62,637 nt of DNA from Octopus sinensis (Eukaryota), in assembly GCF_006345805.1 (NCBI RefSeq), contig NW_021832978.1, forward strand, positions 1 to 62,637, in the 5' to 3' direction. Below, one piece after another: positions 51,451-62,637 of the stretch; position 1 is the first letter of the stretch, and every line of letters starts with the position of its first letter. Position numbers and translations under genes: made by a program. The notes under the pieces are model-generated. The model worked only from the letters and a program-made list of their open reading frames with translations, did no database searches and was not told the origin of the DNA.

Positions 51451-52469
51451 CACGCTTTCAATATAACAAAACTCTATATTAAGAGCCACCAAAATATTAA
51501 CTAATTTCCTATCTATACTCTCTGTATTCAGACATCAAATATAATTTAACAATATTGTAATTATTTAATTTCATTGTCTCTTTATAACAATATTTTGCTT
51601 TTAGTTTTCTCTTTCCTTCCGTATTTCTCTGATTTTCAGGGAGTTTAAGGCACAGGTATAAATAGAGGATAACTCAACTACTGAAAACCATTGCTATAAA
51701 GAGATAATTACGTGAAGTATTTGCAATATTGTTCAATTATGTTGGATGTCACAGTACATTACATAGATATGTGAAAGTTGGTCTCAAAACGAAGCTGGAT
51801 TGGACCAATCGCATAAATCTCTTCAACGACACCGATTTACCTGCAATTTACAGCAGGTGTGAAAGCTGGTACACAACGAAGATGGAGGATGTGAGTCTGA
51901 TAATGGCCAAAATCACAATCGAAAAATCGAGGTTATGGAATGTTGCTAAATTTGCACATCAGGAGTGAGGCGATCATAGAGAAATCAGGTGTGAGAGACA
52001 TCATCACTAAAAACTTATGACAAAATTTCAGATGGGACAGGTAGCCAGCTCACTGAAATTATTTAGGGATGCACAGTTGTTGAGAGTTATATACGCGAGC
52101 AGAGGAGGTCACTGAGAGCGAATCCAAAAGTGAGTGTTTGACGAAATACGACATGCTACGTAGGTGAGAAGGTCAAGATGAAGACAGAAGTGGAGGATGC
52201 ACTGTGTTCTCTGGTGTCGTCAATACACTCAGTCAGTCGACCATGGTCAAGGTGGTATTTCTGTCACATCTATGACATAGCGTTTTCACCTCTACCGTAG
52301 TAAACCTCACGAACCAAACTTTTCGTTTTCTGCTCAACTCCAATGACAAGCAAGTTGATAACCATACATCTATCTACAAAAACTGGTCACACTACTTACC
52401 GTTAGACAGAAAGTACCTGCTCTCTCCGTGAAACATTGGTTTTGGTAATCTTTGATTTTAACTGCCCAC
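51451..52469. repeat. ~1.02-kb near-identical intronic duplicate, copy 1 (contains an RTE-like fragment)
   Basis: Matches 54963-55981 at a constant 3512-bp offset. INLFNDTDLPAIYSRCESW resembles the RTE LFNSTVLPA..YGCETW motif. Confidence 0.92.
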
Positions 52470-54755
52470 ATCAACCTGCGTATTTGTGACGCATCTATGA
52501 CATGGCGTTTTCACATCTACAGTAGAACTCACTAATCAAACATTCTTATAATTTTCTGCTCACTTCCAATGTCAACAAGGTTAATCATCAAATATCGATC
52601 TTCAAATACATTTCACACCACTTCATTTTAGACAACTAGCACCTACTCTCTGCGTGAAACATTGCTGCTGCTAATCTTTAAGTTTAACCGCTCTCACCAA
52701 CGTTCGCCAGAATGTCTTCTGATACAGAAGATGTGTGAAACATCCTTACAGAAACAGTTTTCTTTCCAGATGAGTAATAATTTATTCTACTAAGTTGTTG
52801 GCGAAATTGGTATCAGGTACCCCAAAAACTACACCGCCGTTTATCTACACATCATTGCATAAAATGCATCCGAAATGGTACATAATAGAACTGATTCTCA
52901 AAAATACATACGCAAGCCATGTCAGAAACATCATATACTATATTTACTTTGAGGTTTTCACAAATCTATTGCTTATAAACCATTATCGATTTTTACCATG
53001 ATCTCAATATCTCTATTCTTACTAGACAATAGGGAAGCCTACCAGCATACGAAATACTTACAAATTTGTCATTAAATTATGTCATGGTTTCTCTTGATAC
53101 GTTGTATATCACTTGTTTCTGCTGACCTTTGACAATTAAAAAACCGTATTATTTATTTGCATTAAGTCTTAATCTCGACCAAGGATTAAATCCATTCCGG
53201 TTGTCCAAAACTATTAGCATATTGTTTTGATCTCTTTCCCTTATTTGTATGTCATCGATGATGTTTCTTCAGCCATATCTGCTGAGCAGTCTGCTGATCT
53301 GAGTAACATCTCATTAACAAAGACTGACATTTTGCATCCTACTCTAGTTTCACGCCAATCCTACTCTCTGTATAATATGTGTGTAACGAATAGCATTTGG
53401 AAATTGTTAAACCAACTCTTCGTCATATTTTAAAATCCTCCTGTATGTAAACGAAGGCCATTGCTTTTCTCGATGGTTTATGTTGTTCACATCCCTAAGC
53501 ATTAGACTGATCCAACCATACAACATTCAAATCACTTCTATTTTTCTATGTGTGTTGGTCCCACTTTTACAAGGCATGTCCCAAACACTCAGGATGTCAA
53601 CGAATCCTTTTGCAGTCACACTTTCAGTCTCATTAAAGTTATTTTGTCGATGTGTAGTTGATCTCTGACCATGGAAATCTTAGCAATCATAATTGCAATC
53701 GGTGCCAACTTGCGAATTAGTTTCGCTTTAGCTTAAATTGTACGCAAAATCTTTCTCTCTTCCTCCAGCCATCAATCACACCAACTTTATACCCGAAAGC
53801 TCCACCATTATGTGATGCCTACAACAAAACCTTGTACAAGACTTGAAACTTTCTAATGTACAGCCTCACCTTACCTTATACCCAAAGATAACTACTTCTT
53901 TCCTGCTGCAATCCTCAAGCTCAAATTCTTCGTTCCTGATTTTGTTGGACATTTTCTTAGAGAGACGATAATATTTCACATGCTTTGCAACAATAAAATG
54001 CACCTAGAACCCTTTAGAAAGTGGTTGGTGTCAGGAATGGCATAGCACTACATGAAAGCAGTGATGTTTAAGTGAGATATGTTCCTCTACGAATGAAGAA
54101 GGGAAGTAGTTCTGAAGAAGAACTGACTTGGACAGCGACAACTCATCTAGTCCATAGGAGCCTGGAAATCTAACGATAAGTGTCGGGGTTGTTACCTGTG
54201 ATTCACTTGCATCGTGCAACCTGTATCTTTCATGAAGTAAGAAAGGCAGATACCGATTATCACAGTAGCAAAGAAATGTTTTCTATTCGGAAAAGACAAT
54301 GTGTAGTGGATTGTAATAATGAAATTACTACCAGGTAACATAACAGAGAGTTTACACTTGGAACGCATTTCATTGCAATTCTTCTAGATTATGAGAAGCA
54401 TCCGTTTAAATAGCAACAATAACAATAATAACCTTCAAGTAAACATGATAAAAAGTGTGACAAAAACGGCTGTCATTAACTCTAAATTTATATTCCTAAA
54501 CAAATTAGCTTAGTTCTCTCTTTCTCAAAACTATACAAAATATATTCCCGTTTCAATTTTCCATTTTACAAACCACTCTAACCTCGTTGGATATTTTGTG
54601 AACTTTCAGTAATATCGATATATTGAATAGAATTATTATACAACCTTTCGAATCTAATTAGGGATAGAATCTGTACTCAGTCGTTCTAACATACAAAAGC
54701 TCGAGATAAATTGAAATGTATAGAAATCAGTAACTTAATATTATTTCATACTTAC

Positions 54756-54842
54756 ATTCTTCCTCTGATTCATCTACTCCAGAAGATGATTGTAAACCGG
54801 AATCGGTACTGGCTCCGGGTACTATACTTGCTGTTGAATGTT
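54756..54842 (-). CDS. Microexon E, 87 nt, phase 1-1: (E)HSTASIVPGASTDSGLQSSSGVDESEEE
   Basis: tattcatttcag acceptor, gtaagtat donor, open frame. Confidence 0.75.
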
Positions 54843-54962
54843 CTGAAATGAATATTTTCAAGATTTGCGTTGTATAGCATGATGTGCTTATCTTTGTTAA
54901 TAATCTATATTTCACTATTGTGACTTATTTCTATTGTCAATGGTCAACGGCTGACCATTATG

Positions 54963-55981
54963 CACGCTTTCAATATAACAAAACTCTATATAAAGGGCCA
55001 CCAAAATATTAACTAATTTCCTCTCTTTACTCTCTGTATTCAGACATCAAATATAATTTAACAATATTGTAATTATTTAATTTCATTGTCTCTTTATAAC
55101 AATATTTTGCTTTTAGTTTTCTCTTTCCTTCCGTATTTCTCTGATTTTCAGGGAGTTTAAGGCACAGGTATAAAGAGAGGAAAACTTAACTACTGAAAAA
55201 CAGTGCTATAAAGGGATAATTACGTGAAGTAATTGCAATATTGTTCAATTATGTTGGATGTCACAGTACATTGCATAGATATGTGAAAGTTGGTCTCAAA
55301 ACGAAGCTGGATTGGACCAATCGCATAAATCTCTTCAACGACACCGATTTACCTGCAATTTACAGCAGGTGTGAAAGCTGTTACACAACGAAGATGGAGG
55401 ATGTGAGTCTGATAATGGCCCAAAGCACAATCGAAAAATCGAGGTTTGGGAGTGTTGCTAAATTTGCACATCAAGAGTGAGGCGATCATAGAGAAATCAG
55501 GTGTGAGAGACATCATCACTAAAAACTTATGGCAAAATTTCAGATGGGACAGGTAGCTAGCTCACTGAAATTATTTAGAGATGCACAGTTGTTGAGAGTT
55601 ATATACGCGAGCAGAGGAGGTCACTGAGAGCGAATCCAAAAGTGAGTGTTTGACGAAATACGACATGCTACGTAGGTGAGAAGGTCAAGATGAAGACAGA
55701 AGTGGAGGGTGCACTGTGATCTCTGGTGTCGTCAATACACTCAGTCAGTCGATCATGGTCAAAGTGGTATTTCTGTCACATCTATGACATAGCGTTTTCA
55801 CCTCTACCGTAGTAAACGTCACAAACCAAACTTTTCGTTTTCTGCTCAACTCCAATGACAAGCAAGTTGATAACCATACATCTATCTACAAAAACTGGTC
55901 ACACTACTTACCGTTAGACAGAAAGTACCTGCTCTCTCCGTGAAACATTGGATTTGGTAATCTTTAATTGTAACTGCCCAC
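54963..55981. repeat. ~1.02-kb near-identical intronic duplicate, copy 2
   Basis: See 51451-52469. Confidence 0.92.
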
Positions 55982-56222
55982 TTCTACGTACATCAGAATG
56001 TCATCTAATGTAGAAAATATTTGAAGACCCCTGAATGAAATAGATTTCATCCCAAGTGAGGAATAATTAATTCTACACAGGTGTAGGAGAAAGAAATATC
56101 AGATGTCCCCCAAAACTGTTACCACCTAATTTACTTCATATAAGTTCATGGTAAATTTACTATCAGTGAAATATGACAGAATCTTTATGGAAATCGATAA
56201 GGTAATATAAATTTAAACTCAC

Positions 56223-56273
56223 CATGAAGTTTTCTACTGAGTAGTCTCCTTCTGGCTAAATTTCTTCTATAAT
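56223..56273 (-). CDS. Microexon F, 51 nt, phase 1-1: (D)YRRNLARRRLLSRKLH
   Basis: tattcatttcag acceptor, gtgagttt donor, open frame; Arg-rich. Confidence 0.7.
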
Positions 56274-56784
56274 CTGAAATGAATATTTTCACGTATTACA
56301 TTTTATTGTATGAATTGGTTATATCTCTTAATCTATATTTTGATATTCTTCGACATTTATATCTTAAATGGTCAACGGGTGACCACTATATCTTTGGTGA
56401 GCGACTCATACTGTTTACCACAATATTTAGAGCCTTCAAAATATGCGCAAATTTCCTACATATCCCCTCTGTATTTAGATATCCAGCATAATTTATCAAG
56501 ATTGAAATTATTTAATTCAATTACCTCTTTATAACGGTATTCTTCATTTAGTTATGCCTTTCCTTTCGTATCTCCCTGCATTTGAGCGAGTTTAATGTAC
56601 AGATATAAGAGAGCAAAACTAAACTAATGAGAAACAGTGTTATAAAGAGATAATTACGTGAAGTAATTGCAATATTGTATAAATTATGTCGGATGTCGCA
56701 TTACAGTGCGGTGATATATATCCGTAATCAAGCGATCAGAGAGAATTCTGGTGAGAGCGACATCATCACCAAATGCAGAAGGAA

Positions 56785-57143
56785 GAAGTGTTGTATTACT
56801 CTTGAATAGTGTCCTGATGTCATATGGGCAGCATATCTTTTGTATCTTTTCGGAGAGGCCTTTCACATAGGGTAGACAGACTGTGGACAGTTCATTGGTT
56901 TCATCCTCTTTTTTCGTCATAATTGGAGGGGATTGTATGTTTTTGGGTAGTTGTTGCTTAATAGATTGTTAATTAGCTTGATCATTTCTTCGTGGTGGGT
57001 TTCACGATCGACACTTATATTCTTAGTCGATGTTTTAGGCACTGAGCAATCCCTCTCTTTACACTGTATGGATGGTAGGAAATGAAGTTGAAGTATCGTC
57101 CAGTAAAGGTCAGTTTGCGGTATACGGATGTCCTGAATCCATA
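56785..57143 (-). mobile_element. Intronic Penelope-like fragment
   Basis: Close match to 19621-19981 (LSTVCLPYVKG.SEKIQKI; HEEMIKL.NNLLSNNYPK). Confidence 0.88.
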
Positions 57144-58209
57144 ATTTATTGTATTGTATCTTGCAGCAAATATTTATCCTGAAGAGAGTGAGACAATGGT
57201 TGTCCCAGCAGGAAACCAAAGTCTTCTTCTTGGACAAAGACAACGTTTAGTGCAGGTAATGATAGATTTACTTTCAGTGAAAAAAGTATGTTCACAGTTG
57301 GAACAAATTTCATTGTGACTCTGCGAGATTATGAGAGACATCTGCCTAAACAACAACAACAATAACAATAACTGCCTCTCCATAAACAGTCATAATGAAA
57401 AACAAACAAAATCCTAATTCTCCTGCTTACACTTAACCCATGGCCTGCCATGAGCCCCATTTGAGGATCTGATAAAAATAGTTTCACTGCCGGTTGTTCG
57501 TTGTATTTTAAGTGAATTGCTTGCTTACATTGCATTTGTAGAGGTGTGTTTAACAATATTTAGTAATTAAATTTTGTCATTATTAACTCTGGCTAATTCT
57601 AGAGGACATTTATATCACAAATCGCAATTTTTGAACTACAAAAATATTGACTGTTTTGAAAAGTTCTTTTGTCTTTTCTTGCATTTCCCTTCTATATCAT
57701 TCATTGATATTTCATACACATTCGCATTTGATACTCTAGTTTCAGAAAAACTAAAATCTTTATTATTGCAATTGAATAGAAAAGGATAAATATGTTTTTT
57801 CTCAGCGATCCCCATTTGGGACTTATCGAAACAATTATCATAATTTCCAAAATAATTCACATATGAAGAAAATTTAAATGCTATATATGATTTTTAACTC
57901 CTGAGACATCAGGCAAAGCCAAAAAGTATAAATAAAAGTTTGAAACTTAAGGGTTAAACAGCATTATTAGTTTCATGATCAAATGACAAAATCAACTCTA
58001 TTGTGTCCTCTATTTTCAACCGTACTAACTTGGAGCGATATTTTATAAACTTTCAGCAATATCGATATCTTTAACAGAATTATTATACAGCTAATCTTTC
58101 AACTTGAAAGTAGGAGTGGAATCCATTTTCAGTTATTCTTTCAAACACAATACACCCAGGTAAATTAAATCTTATAGAAATCAATTGGGAACTCTTATTT
58201 TATATTCAC

Positions 58210-58263
58210 CACTTTGCTCGGATGTAGGCTCTAATAATTGTAAATCTGTTTGCACTCCCTTGT
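58210..58263 (-). CDS. Candidate microexon G, 54 nt via a cryptic acceptor: (D)KGVQTDLQLLEPTSEQS
   Basis: Donor gtgaat is intact. The homologous acceptor reads ctg, but a downstream caaag gives a frame-preserving exon. Confidence 0.45.
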
Positions 58264-59663
58264 CTTTGGAGATACAGAAATAAACATTTACAAGTTTTAC
58301 ATTTAATAATAAAATTTCTTTATCTTTATTTTTATTAAACTCTATCTTGTTATTGTGAGACATTCAATTCCTGTTGTTACTGGTCAACTGTTGACCATTA
58401 TGGTTTTGGTCAATATTTCTGTACTTTCTAAAGTGGTCCCATGTAATAGCCCAATATGTCCACAATAAAACAGACTAACATTCCTAAATCCACCCTCTCC
58501 CTCTCTTTCTCTCTCTCTCTCTCTCTCACACTCTCTCTCTCTAAAAACACATTAAATATTCTAACAATGTTGCAATTATCCCGTTTAATTAACACTTGAT
58601 AACAGTTTTCTCTTAGCTTTGTCTTTCTCTTCTTATAACTGTGCCAAACCTATGGCATGGCACTGTCCTCTCATCTCTAGAATTCACTAATCAACATTCC
58701 TCTCTAGTTAAGTAAAACTGAGGCCATAAAGATGTCCTTTATGTGTATACACTCCACTCCGCAACACTGTCTGTCCCCTAAAAACATCTCCACAAGCCAA
58801 ATTGCATACACACTTCCCCAACATGATCCCTAACAAGATATAAAATGTAAGGTAAGGGTACATGATGATGCTATGACAAAATTTGAACGCAACAATCAAG
58901 ACCAAAGGGTGAAACACTCAGAGAACTGTGCCTCTTTTAGCATTAATATCATCTAAAATCTAACAAGTGTGAGAAAAAGAATGACTATATGGATGGTAAA
59001 TGCTGTTCAAACAACGTAATAAGTGTATATTATATATAGTTACAAACAAGGATTTGTGAGATCAAGTCACACAGGGAACTCATATTTAATTCCTATCTTT
59101 ATATTTTATGTCAACGCCAATATTTTGTTTAAATGCAAACAGATGTTCACGGTTCAATACTAAATCTAACATTTAATAAAATTAAGTTCATGATGAATAT
59201 TCTTATACAGAGTTAATATTTAATTAGAATTTTCTAATTTGCAACTACAAAATGTATTCTAACCAGAGACATTCAGGGTACACATCCCCAGAAAATACAA
59301 AATATTACGACAGACATCTGGCTACATAACAACATCAAGAATAACCTATCAGAAAACTTACGAAAGATCTTAGTAGAAAAACAAACAACAATTTTATTAA
59401 TTCACGAGTTTACACCTAAAATAATAAATTATAGTTCCATAGAAGACAATATTAACTCTTTTGTGGCTTTTAATTTATCCATTTTACCAAACATGTTAAC
59501 CATGACTTTATGAAATTTCATATTTTTAATACAATTACTTTAGAGCTAACCTTTAAATGGAAATTAGAAATGGGATTTGTTCTCCACCATTCTAATACGC
59601 AAAATAACTGAGGTGGATGTACAATCTATAGAAATTAATTAAGATCTCTAATTTTAAACTCAT

Positions 59664-59714
59664 CAACTGTCTCTGCCACAGTCTGCACTACCTTCTCTTC
59701 AAACTTTGGACTCT
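59664..59714 (-). pseudogene. Probable dead microexon H, 51 nt: (E)SPKFEEKVVQTVAETV
   Basis: Canonical acceptor and open frame, but the donor reads atgagt. Confidence 0.55.
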
Positions 59715-60850
59715 CTGAAATATGTGTTTCCAAGTTTTATAGTTATTTATAGCACAATCTCTTTATATTTATTAATAATCTATATTTTATTAATGAGAAA
59801 CATTCATATCATCAATGGCCAACCAGCGATCATAATTGTTTTGGTCAATATTTTTATACTTTCAACAGTGGACCCATGTAATAGCCAATATTTAGCTCCA
59901 AAACGAACTCTAGTTGATCTTTGTAAATTTCCTCTCTCTGTTAAGATATCCTACATAATCTAACAATGCTGTAATTATATCACTTAATTATCACTTACTA
60001 ACAGTTTATCTGTAGGCTTTGGTTTCCTTGCTTATATCTATGCCAAATCTATTGCATTTTCAAAACCCTGATCTTCACTAACAACCTGTTTGATTCCAGT
60101 GTCAACAAATTTATTCATCAAAGATATAACAACAAACACATATCACAACCACTTCAAGAAGGGGAAACATACACCTAATCTCTTTGTTAAACATTGTTGC
60201 TGATAATCTTTAATTTTAACTTCACAGTTCAACAGAATGCCATCTTATTCAGGATATATTTGAAGGTTTCATGATCTGGTTGGAACGTGACACTTATGTC
60301 AGAACCAAAACCAAAATTTGAGAGACGAACAAAACTGTGTCTCTGTTAGCCTTGATATCACCCAAAGACCAACACAGCAACATGGAGTTGTGTGTTGAAG
60401 TCTCAAACACTGGTGACACAAACTTTTACTCCTTTAAAATATTCTACTGAATTTAATACTTTGCCAAAGATGACACTGATGTCCTTGTAAGTACTGTTGT
60501 ATTTAATTATCTTCTAATAACTCATAATTAATTATAGAGTTGATGGAGATTTATTAATACTTCAGTTACTCACTAATTATCTTGCAGAATCTTCCATTAT
60601 CTTTATGTTGCAGACTACAACCCTCTTGAAGTGTGACATGTTTCCTACTTGGATAAGGTCAATGTTTGGTGGATGTAGTGTGTGAGAGATATACTATTAC
60701 AGAGAACAGACACTAGGAACACCTTTTATCATAAATCTGCCAGATTATGGCAGACCTCTGTCTACATAACAACATGAAGTATATTATTCTACACAATAAG
60801 GGCAGTGGGACAAGCAGGACAAACAGACAGATCAGCAAAGATTTTCTTAC

Positions 60851-60990
60851 CATCTCCAGTTCTGCTCGTTACAGGTTTCCCGCACTTCAGACATCGTTGA
60901 AGAGAGATTCTCGAACATGTTTCACATGTGACAAAATGCCCGCATGGAAGAAATTTTATTGTGGCCGTTTTATTTCTGCACCACAAACAC
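60851..60990 (-). CDS. RING-HC (C3HC4) exon, Mind bomb/IAP-like E3 ligase domain; phase 2-1
   Basis: ttttgttccacag acceptor, gtaaga donor. CLWCRNKTATIKFLPCGHFVTCETCSRISLQRCLKCGKPVTSRTGD resembles MIB RING1 (PCGH..TC..CS....C..C...V.SRT). Confidence 0.88.
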
Positions 60991-62094
60991 CTGTGGAACA
61001 AAATACAAACATATCAAACCAATAACATTCATTTATAAGAAATATTAGAAAGATTACATTGTGTACATGTTTGTAGTAGGGAATATTATGAGACGCTCCA
61101 GTGACAAGCAAGAGTATATCAGAAATTCTTCTTTAAACAATTACATACATACAGAATTGTGTGTAGTTAAATGGCATGCTCACAAACACACACACATACA
61201 GACATACACACACATGCATACACACATTGATAAATGTTTGTCTTGGCCCTCATACATCATAGAAATTGGTTGACACACAGCGAACTACATATATTCCAGA
61301 AATATATTTCACTTCTAACATCGAACTCAATTCTTCTGAACAAATATATCTACACAGGTTTCTTTATATACACATACTTTATTATATACATCCCGTCTCC
61401 ACAGATTAGCAGATGAGGTGTCCAATACTGAGCAGTGGCAGGAATAGCCCGAAACCAGACATTGTCTGCTGGTCCTGTTGCTATAAGATGGTAGGGGTTC
61501 GATCCCCTGCTCGCAATTAATTGGATGCACCTCTGCATCGTTAATTAGCTAGAAGAGTTGTTCTCTTGGGGTTAAACATTCGCAGTAGAGTCCATTCGAA
61601 CATCTACTCATGTTGGCGTGCCTACGAATATTACTTATATATATTTTCGTCCAACCCGTGCTAGCGCGGAAAACGGATGTCAAACGATGATGATGATGAT
61701 GATATATCTATCATATATATATAAATATATATCTATAAATATATATATATATATATATGTATGTATATATATATATATATGCTTTAATACATTTGGGTGT
61801 AATGCTAAATGGAGCGGGGCCACGTGAGGTGAAATAATTTTGCCGTATTGTTGTTATGTGATGAGATTGTGATTTATTTTGTGGGCAGATAATACGGGGT
61901 CCAGGCCTTGGGTATATTTTAAACTGATGCCAACATCATTGGGCAATGCTGATGAGATATTTTCCACCATGATTTGGGAGGCTTTATTATATGCATCGTG
62001 CATGTAGTTCTAGTTTTCTGTCCTTATTTTGCCCTTTCCAATAATATCAGCTGCGCTCTGTAGACTTCTCTTCTTTTCTTCTTCTTTCTTCTTC

Positions 62095-62127
62095 TTATTA
62101 TTATTATTATTAATAATAATAATAATC

Positions 62128-62172
<45 letters not shown>
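62095..62172. repeat. (TTA)n/(ATA)n microsatellite
   Basis: Seen directly. Confidence 0.9.
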
Positions 62173-62637
62173 TAACAACAAAAAACAACATACACATAAA
62201 CGATTATTTGTAAAAGCAAATAAAATCTCTCTGAAGCTCGTCAATTGAATAAAGCAGAACAATATTTATACAGTCCAAAAATCAATATCTATAAACAATA
62301 TCTGAATTCAACAAGAAAGTTTTGTATATTCGCTGAGGGGGGAAATGTGTCTGCTTCTTAAGTAGCTAATACAGAGAGATTATGGCAAGAAATTGCCAAA
62401 TCTTATAAAATAAGGGAGTCAAAGGCGACTAAAGCACCTAGTAATGGTATATTGTTACTTGATTATTTACGTTTCCTGACAGCTTTTGTTTTCTATGAAG
62501 ATATGTGGCAATATTCCATCAGTATTTTCAGAAATATAATATATACACAGTTGGTGTGTGTTTGTAGGTTATTTTTTTCTATGAAATCATTCTAATATTG
62601 ACTGATTCGGACTTAGAAGAGTGAGAAAAAGATGTTG

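Noticed and set aside
60530-60700. Extra exon between the RING exon and the microexons (gtgagtaac donor near 60565)
   Set aside because: The acceptor options tested give in-frame stops in the required phase.
60789-60850. ORF-track extension GKKIFADLSVCPACPTALIV after the RING
   Set aside because: It lies beyond a strong gtaaga donor at 60850 and is most likely intron read-through.

Overview
Repeat-dense animal genomic DNA, most likely octopus, inferred from recognisable SINE families and extreme microsatellite density. The left ~37 kb is almost all transposon and tandem-repeat DNA. It holds a 560-bp x4.2 array with a type I hammerhead-ribozyme-like motif in every unit, a 2.86-kb tandem duplication, a Tx1/L1-like LINE 3' end inside (TATC)n, and Chapaev3, maT, mariner-MITE, Penelope-like, RTE and Helentron-like relics. 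It also holds an inverted pair of CT/GA-skewed modular elements and a 121-bp x16 satellite amplified from the 3' end of a CR1-type LINE. The right ~25 kb holds the 3' part of one minus-strand gene. A Mind-bomb-like RING exon (60851-60990) is followed by duplicated, frame-preserving phase-1 microexons, several encoding xVQT (LC8-type) motifs and some with dead splice sites. The gene ends in a ~4.8-kb exon encoding about 5-6 tandem NHL-like beta-propeller modules (~1,600 aa once three 1-bp indels in a microsatellite and two homopolymers are corrected). All family assignments come from motif recognition, not database searches, and many repeat boundaries are approximate.
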